From a virus (lineage: Duplodnaviria > Caudoviricetes): a DNA stretch of 64,000 bases. The DNA is taken from positions 107,341 to 171,340 of the IMG/VR virus record IMGVR_UViG_3300023048_000002; one strand, given 5' to 3'. The first letter of the stretch is position 1; each line of letters begins with the position of its first letter. The notes under the pieces are model-generated. The model was not told where the DNA came from, made no database searches, and saw only the letters and a program-made list of their open reading frames with translations. Positions 8,936 to 17,916 of the stretch are shown in pieces. Made by a program: the position numbers and the translations under genes.

Positions 8936-9886
8936 TTAGTCGTTGTATGAGTCAGAAGATTCTTCATAACTTGACTCTTCTTCATCTTCCACTTCTTCAT
9001 ATTTGTCCTGAATATGAAGAAGTCGATCTAGTGCCGTAGTATCTTCAAAATGAAGCGTAGCCCAATTCTTGTTATAGACAACAGTCGTACCAATGCCGAT
9101 AACATTATGCGCTAGGAACAGTGGACGAAGACCACGAGTCTGAGGAACCATGCTTTCCATCATGCTCATGATGTCCTTATTGAAGTAACGCGGATCATCA
9201 AGAACTTCCTGTGGAAAGCTATCAGTGTTGATAACATTAACAAAGAATTCTGAATGCTGGAAATCTGGACCAGTAGGCTTGAATTCCTTAGTCTTACGCT
9301 TCTTTGTAGCTTTAACTGCATAGTCGTTCATGTGTTCAATAGCTTCAGCCATTGTGACACCTTCAATCTTAAACAGGCGACCATGCCACTCTAGTGAAGG
9401 CATCCAGAGAATACCGACTGCATCGTTAGCTGTTGGGGTTGATGTTAGCTTTGAATTCTTTTGTGTCAAACTATCTGCTGTAATGGTTACTGGACCACTA
9501 CTTGATACATTGAGGCTACCATCATTACTGATGTCAACTGTTGTTCCACCATTTGAAATCTTAATTCCAAATTTTGCAGCAGGAGCTACCTTTAGCGGCT
9601 CTACGATCTTAACAAACTCTAACAGATAGTCGATTAGCTGGCTGACGGTCTTATTGTTGAATGATTCTACCACATCAAGTTCAGGGATTTCAATTTCTAG
9701 CTCATCTTCAATAAGCATGATGAGTTCAATGATGTCAATAGAATCGGCTCCATAAAGCTCGCTTACATCTTCTATGGTATCAGAGAAATTTATATGCTCA
9801 ATGACACCAAAGGTCTCATTGGCAACATTGGTGATAATAGCCAATAGATCAACTACTGCATCAGGCTTTGATTTGTATGTCTTCAT
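8936..9886 (-). CDS. acyl-carrier-protein domain fusion protein
   Basis: YGADSIDIIELIMLIEDELEIEIP is an ACP helix-II signature with the pantetheinylation Ser; start moved to ATG 9886. Confidence 0.7.
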   Translation of the reverse strand: MKTYKSKPDAVVDLLAIITNVANETFGVIEHINFSDTIEDVSELYGADSIDIIELIMLIEDELEIEIPELDVVESFNNKTVSQLIDYLLEFVKIVEPLKVAPAAKFGIKISNGGTTVDISNDGSLNVSSSGPVTITADSLTQKNSKLTSTPTANDAVGILWMPSLEWHGRLFKIEGVTMAEAIEHMNDYAVKATKKRKTKEFKPTGPDFQHSEFFVNVINTDSFPQEVLDDPRYFNKDIMSMMESMVPQTRGLRPLFLAHNVIGIGTTVVYNKNWATLHFEDTTALDRLLHIQDKYEEVEDEEESSYEESSDSYND

Positions 9887-9908
9887 GGAAAATTCCGTTA
9901 TTTGGGTT

Positions 9909-9937
9909 ATTGTACTGTGTATAATATTACTTGTCAA
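9909..9937 (-). promoter_or_regulatory. sigma70 promoter for the ACP-domain gene
   Basis: TTGACA-17-TACAAT overlapping the PARP stop. Confidence 0.7.
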
Positions 9938-11210
9938 ATTCGCACAAGTAACGAAGGTTTGCCTGATCAAGGCTATAAACAATCATTTCATTATTAGCAA
10001 CGCCACTCTTACCACCAAGAGCTAGACAAGAGTCATATCCTGCTGGAATACGGCTGAGAGGTGCCGAAGGTGTATATGATCTTCCAAGGCTAACATCTAC
10101 TAAGAACATGAAACAATTATCATCATAACCACCGCCGCCCCAATAACCATGTGCATAGTTGAGTGACTTAGTACTCTGATCACTAAAATATAGACCATCA
10201 CCAAACATACGTCCGGTGATATGGTAGCCACCTGCTGAGGTTGGGATGATTAGTCCACCCTTAAGAATAGAGAGAACATTGAATGCACGGGTACCATGCC
10301 AAAGTTGCATTTCGTTCCCAATAACATCAAACTTCTTCTTATATGATGCTGTGCTGTTATCATTCTGAACTTCATACACATTCTTCAAACGAAGGTGTGC
10401 ACATGCGTGACGTGAGTTCATGTTTGAGGCATAGAACGTCTTTACCCTATCAATCACTGTCTGGTCTGAAACTAATTTCAAACTGTTATTGAATAGGCGT
10501 TCTGGTTCCTTCTTAGCATCATCAACACTTACAACAGGTGGAGTATAGTTCTGAATTGAGGTTTCAATCTGATCAAGAAGTGAGTTCTGATTCTGGAATG
10601 AGGAAATATCCGTAAAAAATGTTTCACCCCAACCGCGAGCGCGAGGAACCTTCTGTGGAATGATAGAAAGATAATCATTTAGTGTTTGGCTATATGAATT
10701 ACCAAAGTCCTGAGTATCAATGAAGTCCTTTAGGGAAATCAATACATCACGAGCCTTACTAACTGCTGGTAGCGTGATAGGACCAAGAACAGTCTTAACG
10801 ATACCATCAACGATATCGATCTGATCACCTGTAGCCTTTAGAAGCTGATATTTATTGATAGCTGATAGTCGATCTAGAAGCTTAGCCATTTCTGGATTAT
10901 TGTCAGCGATATCACGCTTTGCGATTATTGCAAGTGATTCAGTTGCAAGGGAAACCGTACCGCTTGCGGCAGGAGTTCCATTGTTTGTCATAACATCAAC
11001 TTCTCTGTACCCCTTTGATGCAGCAGTCTTTGACTTATAAACCTTGTTGAATGCAGCTTCGCCATAACCCTTCTGTTCGGTTACGCCGTTATCACCATTA
11101 CGACCATAACGCGCAGTTACAGAATCGTCATCGTTCCAGATAATTTCATAGAACTTGTTATTGTTATTACCGCTGTCAACTTTGACAAGCATTGCGTACT
11201 TTTTTGCCAT
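9927..11210 (-). CDS. WGR-domain PARP-family ADP-ribosyltransferase
   Basis: N-terminal NNNKFYEI...ARYGR WGR domain; LWHGT, GRMFGDGLYFSD..TKSLNY, NNEMIVY (H-Y-E triad). Confidence 0.92.
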   Translation of the reverse strand: MAKKYAMLVKVDSGNNNNKFYEIIWNDDDSVTARYGRNGDNGVTEQKGYGEAAFNKVYKSKTAASKGYREVDVMTNNGTPAASGTVSLATESLAIIAKRDIADNNPEMAKLLDRLSAINKYQLLKATGDQIDIVDGIVKTVLGPITLPAVSKARDVLISLKDFIDTQDFGNSYSQTLNDYLSIIPQKVPRARGWGETFFTDISSFQNQNSLLDQIETSIQNYTPPVVSVDDAKKEPERLFNNSLKLVSDQTVIDRVKTFYASNMNSRHACAHLRLKNVYEVQNDNSTASYKKKFDVIGNEMQLWHGTRAFNVLSILKGGLIIPTSAGGYHITGRMFGDGLYFSDQSTKSLNYAHGYWGGGGYDDNCFMFLVDVSLGRSYTPSAPLSRIPAGYDSCLALGGKSGVANNEMIVYSLDQANLRYLCEFDK

Positions 11211-11247
11211 TAGAGGTATCCCTTAGCTCAGATAAAGAATGATACAG

Positions 11248-11275
11248 AAAAGCCCTTGTTGTTAACAAGGGCTTG
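11248..11275 (-). terminator. intrinsic terminator
   Basis: AAGCCCTTGTT...AACAAGGGCTT followed by T tract. Confidence 0.7.
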
Positions 11276-11282
11276 AATGGAA

Positions 11283-12131
11283 TTAACGTGTAGCATTTAT
11301 TTTAGTTTCATATTGTATCAAAGCATCTACTACTTTGAACATATCAGAATAATAGAATCCCGAAACACCGAATGTATTGATTTCAACAACCCTTAAACCA
11401 TTGGGTGTATCTGCAATATCAATTACAAATGCATCGGCTGGTTGCCATCGATCAGCCATCGATTGTGCAAAATCCACAATCTTCTGATCAATGATTGAAT
11501 CATACTTTACCGTGTCACCAAGCTTGTAGGTTGATCCTGTGACTACCTTACCATCCACTACAAAGAAGCGATGTTCTGAGTAGATATCCTTTACAGATGA
11601 AACCGTGACTGGTGTATAAGCATTGAGTGATTTAGGATCAAAGCCATCTTCAGGTTTAAAATGAGTTAGATGACGCTTCCAGTCTGCGTAATATTCCTTA
11701 ATCATTGTCATACCGGTGAAGATCTTATCATCTTTAAATGGTCGAATGAAAACATCATAATCAAGGTCGGGGAGTTCACCAGCTAATGATACGAATGAAT
11801 CACCATTTAAAATATTGTCTAGTCCAAATCCCTTTGACCAATGATCAAAGTCAAAGTTTTGAGAATCAAAAGCACCCGGTGAGATGCCACGTTCCTTGAT
11901 TAATCTGGAAAATTTATGAGAGCCGAAGATGTATGTTGGAACACTGGAACTTAAGCATAGTTCCTCAGCCGTTTCAATCTGTAATGATGTTACATGATTT
12001 GGAAAAATCACATCTACAAACTCAAACAGATTACACAAAGTGTAATCTGTTTGAAAGAAGTCTAATGCCTTCAATAATTGTTCGTAGTGTGGTTCCCTCT
12101 TGAGAATATTCTCTTGAATAAGGAATTTCAC
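11283..12131 (-). CDS. ATP-grasp domain protein (DUF4343/R2K-like)
   Basis: FIRP..DDKIFTG, EHRFFVVDGKVVTGSTY, FVIDIA...VVEIN...SGFY. Confidence 0.85.
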   Translation of the reverse strand: MKFLIQENILKREPHYEQLLKALDFFQTDYTLCNLFEFVDVIFPNHVTSLQIETAEELCLSSSVPTYIFGSHKFSRLIKERGISPGAFDSQNFDFDHWSKGFGLDNILNGDSFVSLAGELPDLDYDVFIRPFKDDKIFTGMTMIKEYYADWKRHLTHFKPEDGFDPKSLNAYTPVTVSSVKDIYSEHRFFVVDGKVVTGSTYKLGDTVKYDSIIDQKIVDFAQSMADRWQPADAFVIDIADTPNGLRVVEINTFGVSGFYYSDMFKVVDALIQYETKINATR

Positions 12132-12811
12132 TTTCGCACTCCAAATAGATTTAGTGACGGGATGATAACATGGTTAATGTGTTCAATCTCATTCTGCATC
12201 TTTAGAATCATATTTTCAACGTAACGAAGTTGCTGTTTCGTTGCCTCTAGATTCTGTAGTGCCTGAAGCATCAATAGTCTACGATTGTAGAGTGTGTCAT
12301 ACATCAGGTTCTCTTTCTTTGTAGCGGATTCTGATGCTGCTGCCAATGTGGCAACCCAATCGACAATGTTAAGTGCTGCTACATTGTCAAGTAAATCAGA
12401 TACCACACGATGAATATTCTCCAAACGTAAGGATAACGACTTTACCTGAATCACATAATACTGTTTGTTTGGACGCTTAATGAATGAAGAAAAGAATGAC
12501 TTTGCTTTAGCTGCATCAACGACTTCACCCAAAAGCTTAGATGCATCAAGGCCATTGTAAACTCCAATAGCATCACTAGCTTGATTAACAAAATAGCTTT
12601 GTGCATGGAGGACTGACTTGCCCCAATTCAAAATCTTTATATTATCACCAGTAGCAAGATCACGTACCATCTGTGTAAGCTTAAGGGAATCCTTCCCATA
12701 AGCTTCTGCATAGTTTTCCTTCATAAACTTTACGGCTGATTCTAGTGAAACTCCTAGATCGCCGTAAACGGTTGCTGGTGGTTTTGAGTATTCACTATCA
12801 TCTGACATCAT
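12128..12811 (-). CDS. helical hypothetical protein (TelA-associated)
   Basis: 227-aa coiled-coil ORF directly downstream of the TelA-like gene. Confidence 0.65.
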   Translation of the reverse strand: MMSDDSEYSKPPATVYGDLGVSLESAVKFMKENYAEAYGKDSLKLTQMVRDLATGDNIKILNWGKSVLHAQSYFVNQASDAIGVYNGLDASKLLGEVVDAAKAKSFFSSFIKRPNKQYYVIQVKSLSLRLENIHRVVSDLLDNVAALNIVDWVATLAAASESATKKENLMYDTLYNRRLLMLQALQNLEATKQQLRYVENMILKMQNEIEHINHVIIPSLNLFGVRK

Positions 12812-12814
12812 AAA

Positions 12815-13909
12815 TTACTTCTTTGAGTATGCTGCGATTGTTTCCTGCTCAAGACGGGCAAGTTCTACCATGGTGATCTTGCGGGTTTCACGGGCTTCCT
12901 GTTCGATTTCACGAACCTTCTGTAGTGAACCAACAGTATCTTCATGTAGCTGCTTAATGGTGTCGAGATTGACTGCCTGACGCTGATTCAAACGTGCCAT
13001 GGCTTCAACATTCTTAGCATTAGCACTGCTTGCAGACTTAACTGTTTCATTGAATAGGTCGAATGTCTTGTTCTGTAGTGCAATAGCACCAGTCTGGCTC
13101 TGACTGATCAAGTCACCAGCAAAATACTGCTGATACATGGGGATGATCTTGGTTGTTACATCATCAAACGTACCAACAAGACTTGATGCCGTGCGCTTCA
13201 TCTGTGCAAGCTTTGGATCATATTCCATGGAAAGAATCTTGAATGACTCTAGGTCAACAATCTTCTTGTCGAGTTTATCAGAAAGATTCTGTAGATCATT
13301 TCGCTTATGGGCTTCATCAAGTGAAGCTGCTTCTGTGGGAAGCTGTTCTAGCTCAGCATTGACCTGTTCAAGAGCATCCTTGGCGATTTCAATATCCTGA
13401 AATAGGCTCTTGCAATAGTTATAGTTTCCTTCGATAAGGATATCGACATTACGAGCCTGCCTTACCTGAAGGTCACGTTCCTTTCCAATCTGTTTAACAA
13501 GAACATCAACACGGTCCTTTGCGCTATCAAATCGTGCTACAGCACGGTCCTTGATGCGAAGAGCCTTGTTTACAATCTTCTGAATCTTTCCAGTTTTATA
13601 CTTGTCTGCTGACAAATCCTTGGATACATCAATGAGTTCGTTTAGCTTTTCACCCATTGCTCCACCTTCAGAATTCTTCTGCTGGTCAAGAACCTTGGCT
13701 GCAAACGTGGCAAGATTCTTGCCAGATTCATTACCAATACTAGATACGAATTCTTCAGTGATAGGACGACCGATCTGCTTGCCCGGTGTAACCTGTGAGG
13801 TTGTCGAGACAGAAATAGCAGTGTTATAGAGTGGTACGTATGGATCGGATTTCATCGAAGGTTCCGTTGTTTCGTTGTTGGAGGGTCTATCCCAAATCTG
13901 GTCAGTCAT
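12815..13909 (-). CDS. toxic anion resistance protein (TelA/KlaB family)
   Basis: Helical pattern ARFDSAKDRVD, LDKKIVDLES, TKIIPMY, C-terminal E..RETRK. Confidence 0.75.
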   Translation of the reverse strand: MTDQIWDRPSNNETTEPSMKSDPYVPLYNTAISVSTTSQVTPGKQIGRPITEEFVSSIGNESGKNLATFAAKVLDQQKNSEGGAMGEKLNELIDVSKDLSADKYKTGKIQKIVNKALRIKDRAVARFDSAKDRVDVLVKQIGKERDLQVRQARNVDILIEGNYNYCKSLFQDIEIAKDALEQVNAELEQLPTEAASLDEAHKRNDLQNLSDKLDKKIVDLESFKILSMEYDPKLAQMKRTASSLVGTFDDVTTKIIPMYQQYFAGDLISQSQTGAIALQNKTFDLFNETVKSASSANAKNVEAMARLNQRQAVNLDTIKQLHEDTVGSLQKVREIEQEARETRKITMVELARLEQETIAAYSKK

Positions 13910-14004
13910 GATGTGTCATCCTTATTAGGTGGGAGAATTGTAGAGTTTAATTACATAACAATCAAGAACCAAATTCAGAATATTCAATTATAATTCAGGA
14001 AAAG

Positions 14005-14032
14005 AAAAAGCCGTAGATTTCTCTACGGCTTT
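14005..14032 (-). terminator. terminator after tRNA-Thr(GGT)
   Basis: AAAGCCGTAGA-GAAA-TCTACGGCTTT followed by T tract. Confidence 0.8.
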
Positions 14033-14035
14033 ATA

Positions 14036-14110
14036 TGGTTCCCACAGTAGGAATCGGACCTACGACTATTCATTACCAATGAATTATGTTACCATTATCA
14101 CTATGCGGGA
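14036..14110 (-). tRNA. tRNA-Thr (GGT)
   Basis: ATTCA-TTGGTAA-TGAAT, CCA. Confidence 0.85.
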
Positions 14111-14117
14111 TTAATTT

Positions 14118-14192
14118 TGGCTGGCCTAGATGGATTCGAACCACCATCAAATCTTTCAGAGAGACTTATCCTAACCGTTGGACGATAGGCCA
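14118..14192 (-). tRNA. tRNA-Gln (CTG)
   Basis: TGGCCTA/TAGGCCA-G-CCA, loop CTCTGAA. Confidence 0.9.
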
Positions 14193-14200
14193 TTATAAAC

Positions 14201-14863
14201 TTATTTATCTGTTTCTTCTTTAACTGCAACTAAAGGATATTTATATGGTGAGACTATACCATCAACAAAATGTTTCGTCAAGGCTTCATCAGATAAAATC
14301 CAATATTCATTGGCTTCTCTTTGTAGTAATTCTTGTACTGGCATTCCGGTGCGCTTAGATGCATTAACATTTAAATCAAAGATTAACATCTTTAACATAG
14401 TCAATCTGTTCTCGGCATGCTCTAACTGATCTGAAGAGATAGTTGTTCTTGCCTGATGAAACATAATGATGGCATGTGGAAGCATGTAACGTTTAAATCC
14501 ATACTGGTGAATATATGCTGCCATGCTTGCAGCAGTACCAACCACGACAGTATAGACTGGCCTCTTTGATGCCTGCATAGCATCGATAATTCTCAAGCCA
14601 GACATAACATTACCACCCGGTGAGTCAATAAACAAGATAATAGGCTTGTCTGTACTTACATCTTGAAGATCATGAATCTTCTTGATTACCTGATAAGCAG
14701 TAAAATCATTTACTTCACCATAAAGTGTTACAGTATTCTGGTCATTCAATTCATCCTTAGATGATGGTGACGCTGAACAGCTAACTGTAGTAGTTAGTAC
14801 AAACCCTAGAACAACGAACAAGGACAAACTTTTAAACCATTGCATACTGTTTTTACTCCCCAT
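14201..14863 (-). CDS. clpP: ClpP-family protease with N-terminal signal/lipoprotein anchor
   Basis: IDSPGG, AASMA (Ser), IMFHQ (His), EAL..HFVDGI; hydrophobic N-terminus ending in TVSC. Confidence 0.85.
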   Translation of the reverse strand: MGSKNSMQWFKSLSLFVVLGFVLTTTVSCSASPSSKDELNDQNTVTLYGEVNDFTAYQVIKKIHDLQDVSTDKPIILFIDSPGGNVMSGLRIIDAMQASKRPVYTVVVGTAASMAAYIHQYGFKRYMLPHAIIMFHQARTTISSDQLEHAENRLTMLKMLIFDLNVNASKRTGMPVQELLQREANEYWILSDEALTKHFVDGIVSPYKYPLVAVKEETDK

Positions 14864-14938
14864 GTTTAAAACTATTTATGGAAGAGCCTACACATTATTT
14901 TCATGTAAATCAAACCTTTAATTCACATACGTGAAAAC

Positions 14939-14962
14939 AAAAAAAGACGCCTAAGCGTCTTT
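14939..14962 (-). terminator. terminator after tRNA-Gln(TTG)
   Basis: AAAGACGC-TTAG-GCGTCTTT followed by T tract. Confidence 0.8.
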
Positions 14963-14966
14963 GAAA

Positions 14967-15040
14967 TGGCAGCGGATGCAGGATTCGAACCTGCGATGGA
15001 GCATTCAAAGTGCCCTGCCGTACCACTTGGCTAATCCGCT
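14967..15040 (-). tRNA. tRNA-Gln (TTG)
   Basis: GGGCA-CTTTGAA-TGCTC, CCA. Confidence 0.9.
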
Positions 15041-15050
15041 ATATTTTTAA

Positions 15051-15131
15051 TGCCTCGTGATGGGATCGAACCATCGACCTTTTCCTTATCTATCCTAGTA
15101 AGGAACACTACTTCCTCTGAGTTAACGAGAC
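15051..15131 (-). ncRNA. tRNA-like gene with 14-nt anticodon loop and no encoded CCA
   Basis: Acceptor GTCTCGT/ACGAGGC, T arm GATGG-TTCGATC-CCATC, anticodon arm TTCCT-[TACTAGGATAGATA]-AGGAA. Confidence 0.65.
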
Positions 15132-15137
15132 ATATTT

Positions 15138-15211
15138 TGGTAGTTCCTAACAGAATTGAACTGTTGTCATTGCCATGTAAAAGCAAGGTTTTTCCATTAA
15201 ACTAAGGAACC
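15138..15211 (-). tRNA. tRNA-Val (TAC)
   Basis: TTGCT-TTTACAT-GGCAA, CCA. Confidence 0.88.
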
Positions 15212-15217
15212 ATAATC

Positions 15218-15292
15218 TGGTACATCGTGAGGGATTCGAACCCCCGACAATTTGCGAGTCATGCAAACACTCTACCGCTGAGCTAACGATGC
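15218..15292 (-). tRNA. tRNA-Val (GAC)
   Basis: TTTGC-ATGACTC-GCAAA, CCA. Confidence 0.88.
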
Positions 15293-15300
15293 ATAATCTT

Positions 15301-15522
15301 CTATTTATTGTCAGTGGGGGAAATTCCCATAGACTTTATTAATCGTCTAGCCCATTTAATTGGTGATGTTACACTATTTTGACGATTTAATTTTTCTTGA
15401 GATTCTTGAGATTCTTGAACCATCAAAGCAAGACCTAATAGTTCAGCACGCCTTGGATGAAGTTTCTCACCCTTAATGTTGTCTATTACTTCTTCTATAG
15501 TAAGAAGTGAGTTCGTTTTCAT
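15301..15522 (-). CDS. hypothetical protein
   Basis: 73-aa ORF coupled to the upstream gene (ATGA overlap). Confidence 0.65.
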   Translation of the reverse strand: MKTNSLLTIEEVIDNIKGEKLHPRRAELLGLALMVQESQESQEKLNRQNSVTSPIKWARRLIKSMGISPTDNK

Positions 15523-15773
15523 AGTAATTGGTTCTTAGCTGTGTTGTAAGTTAGTTCTTGAACAACTAATCCACCATCTTCATCATCATGGGCTAGAACC
15601 TTAATACCAAATTCTTCAAACCCTGCTCTTACACCATTTGTGATTTGTTTTTCAATTCCATCAAAATCATGGAAGTTACCAAATGGAGTATACTCTTTAA
15701 CAGACTTGTGTACAAACTTTTCCTTGCCGCACCAAAGTTTCTTAATCTTATTTTTATCTTTAGTCTTTAGCAT
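15519..15773 (-). CDS. hypothetical protein
   Basis: 84-aa ORF. Confidence 0.65.
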   Translation of the reverse strand: MLKTKDKNKIKKLWCGKEKFVHKSVKEYTPFGNFHDFDGIEKQITNGVRAGFEEFGIKVLAHDDEDGGLVVQELTYNTAKNQLL

Positions 15774-15939
15774 AATTTTCTTCCATGGTCTTGAGTTCTT
15801 CTTTCAAAGTTTCCCAATACCTTTTACTCTGACTGTACCAACGGCTAGTACCATTTTCTCTCAGAATTCTTTCATGGTTATCTATCTGATCTTTCTTTTT
15901 GGCAATCAATAATGCCAATTCTTCTTTGTCATTTATCAT
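15760..15939 (-). CDS. hypothetical protein (59 aa, MINDKEELALL...)
   Basis: Read by hand, below the track cutoff; fills the gap after a TTGACA-containing upstream region. Confidence 0.55.
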   Translation of the reverse strand: MINDKEELALLIAKKKDQIDNHERILRENGTSRWYSQSKRYWETLKEELKTMEENYAKD

Positions 15940-15979
15940 GCCAATAAATTAACATCTTATTTTATATCTGTCAATAGGT

Positions 15980-16918
15980 TTATTTTGGTGCTGGCTCATC
16001 TTCATCGCGTGATCTAAAGTAATCTTTCAGTTCATCTCGGAGACTGATATATCTATCTGAACCATCATCAACAAGATAATTTAATCCCTGCCAATCTTTT
16101 CTAAGGTCAGTATAAGGATTGTACTGGTTATCTACCAATATCTTCCATCTTGTTCCGTATGAGCGGTTGCTCTTCTTTCCATGATAGTTATGAATAAGAA
16201 GACCATGAACATATCCAATATTTCTACGAAGCTTCTTGGCTTTCTCACCCCATTCAACGAGAGCATTAATATATTCAGGAGAGCAAGGATAACTAACAGA
16301 ACGACGAATGTCATCCATAAATCCACATGCCATCTGAAAATCACCTGATCCAACAATTGAGAAGTCGATCAATCCATCAATCACTTCCATAGCATGGCGA
16401 GTTGCTGCCCATGCATAACCACAATGACCTGAATGCTTGTTGTAGTCGTTAAGGATAACACCGGTCTTATGATACTGGTAAACCATTCCCTTCATAGGAA
16501 TAGAACCATTAGATGTAATGCGGTTAAAGTTATCATCAATATCAATTGTCTCGCTGAACAACTGCACGACTTGGTAATGATGAAGTTGATGAATTGTTTC
16601 CTTCACCCAATCTGGACGAGCGAATAATACATCAGCATCAATCCATGCAACATATTCCCAATCTTCAGGAAGATGCTGTAAGCCAATGTTAATGAGATTT
16701 TCTTTGTTCCAAAGTTCATTCTTTGTTCTTACCTGAACATGATGTGGATTATCTTTATGTGTAACCTCATAAGGCCTGTCAGCAAATGCTGCTTCTACGG
16801 TAATGAGTGTTGCACCAGCAGCATGAATTCTTTCAGCGAATTCACGATAAAGTTTGTATCTGCTACGGTATCTAAGGGGATTTGAAACAACAGTTATTAC
16901 GTATAGTGTATTTTTCAT
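15980..16918 (-). CDS. GT-A fold glycosyltransferase-like protein
   Basis: LWNKENLINIG, WIDADV (DxD), GHCGYAWA, GSGD motifs. Confidence 0.7.
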   Translation of the reverse strand: MKNTLYVITVVSNPLRYRSRYKLYREFAERIHAAGATLITVEAAFADRPYEVTHKDNPHHVQVRTKNELWNKENLINIGLQHLPEDWEYVAWIDADVLFARPDWVKETIHQLHHYQVVQLFSETIDIDDNFNRITSNGSIPMKGMVYQYHKTGVILNDYNKHSGHCGYAWAATRHAMEVIDGLIDFSIVGSGDFQMACGFMDDIRRSVSYPCSPEYINALVEWGEKAKKLRRNIGYVHGLLIHNYHGKKSNRSYGTRWKILVDNQYNPYTDLRKDWQGLNYLVDDGSDRYISLRDELKDYFRSRDEDEPAPK

Positions 16919-17111
16919 TTTATAATCAGAAGGCTATTAATATTTTACGAAATTCCTTTATGGCACCCAAAAAATACGTAAGAAATAGCGTATTTTCGTG
17001 AGATTCTACTCCACCAAACAGAAAAGCCAGACAAAAGTCTGGCCGATTATGTACTTAATTATTTATGTATAGTGTCAATTTTCTGACTGTAGATTTTTGA
17101 GAAATTTCGTA

Positions 17112-17393
17112 TTATTGCCTGTTAAACATGATGACTTCTTTGCCGCCATATTCCTTTCTGATCCTAGTTATTCCAAGATCATCAAAGCTACATATCCAGT
17201 CTGAATCTTTGGATGGTGTACTACCAATCTGATGCTGATGAAACCTATACTCACCATTGGTCAATTTAGATTCAACATAATCCCTATCCTTTGGTTCCTT
17301 ATAGAGGCCACCACTTCTAGCCATGTCAAGAAGATAGTCAAAGAATTTTTGACGTAGTTCATAATTTTCAGTGATTATATTCTTGAGTCTCAT
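17112..17393 (-). CDS. hypothetical protein (putative head protein, MRLKNIITE leader)
   Basis: 93-aa ORF with ATAAATA upstream. Confidence 0.6.
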   Translation of the reverse strand: MRLKNIITENYELRQKFFDYLLDMARSGGLYKEPKDRDYVESKLTNGEYRFHQHQIGSTPSKDSDWICSFDDLGITRIRKEYGGKEVIMFNRQ

Positions 17394-17409
17394 ATGAATC
17401 CATTTTAGA

Positions 17410-17916
17410 TTATTTATTTAATAGATTGCTAATCTCATCAAACCTATCATCAACACCAAGCCTCTTTAGCCAATTATTAAAATATTCATTAAGCTCATCT
17501 GATCGAGGATGTGTTCCATCATGATAGATTAAGAAATCTTTATAATTTTGAATCTTATCTGCAATCAACATGTTATTGACTTCATCCATAGGACTCAAGG
17601 CAATCTCTTCAATACTTTCTATCTTTCTATGACTAAGATATTGATTTGCAATGTTTCGATATTCCATGGTTAACATAGCGACATATGGGTCAACCTTATT
17701 AATGAATCCATAGTTCTTTGAGAAGTCTTCGTCAGCCTGAAATAATGGATGGAGGCAGAATGCTCTCTTTGCATCTGATCCCGCATGAATCATCTCTAAA
17801 ACAGAAATGCCTTCATCAATATGATTCATTAAAGCTACACCACTACGTTTAGCAGTACGATCACCATAGAACTGTTTAATCCATTGGTACTCATTTGTAT
17901 ACTTAGTATATTCCAT
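17410..17916 (-). CDS. hypothetical protein, possibly HD-domain-like
   Basis: NHIDEG...LHP...IADKIQN pattern resembles a degenerate HD hydrolase. Confidence 0.5.
   Translation of the reverse strand: MEYTKYTNEYQWIKQFYGDRTAKRSGVALMNHIDEGISVLEMIHAGSDAKRAFCLHPLFQADEDFSKNYGFINKVDPYVAMLTMEYRNIANQYLSHRKIESIEEIALSPMDEVNNMLIADKIQNYKDFLIYHDGTHPRSDELNEYFNNWLKRLGVDDRFDEISNLLNK

Noticed and set aside
9887-9982. N-terminal extension of the ACP-domain ORF
   Set aside because: Overlaps the PARP 3' end and lies upstream of or across the promoter at 9909-9937.
16925-17060. Riboswitch or attenuator upstream of the glycosyltransferase
   Set aside because: A terminator-like hairpin and a second stem exist, but I found no leader ORF, antiterminator or recognisable aptamer.
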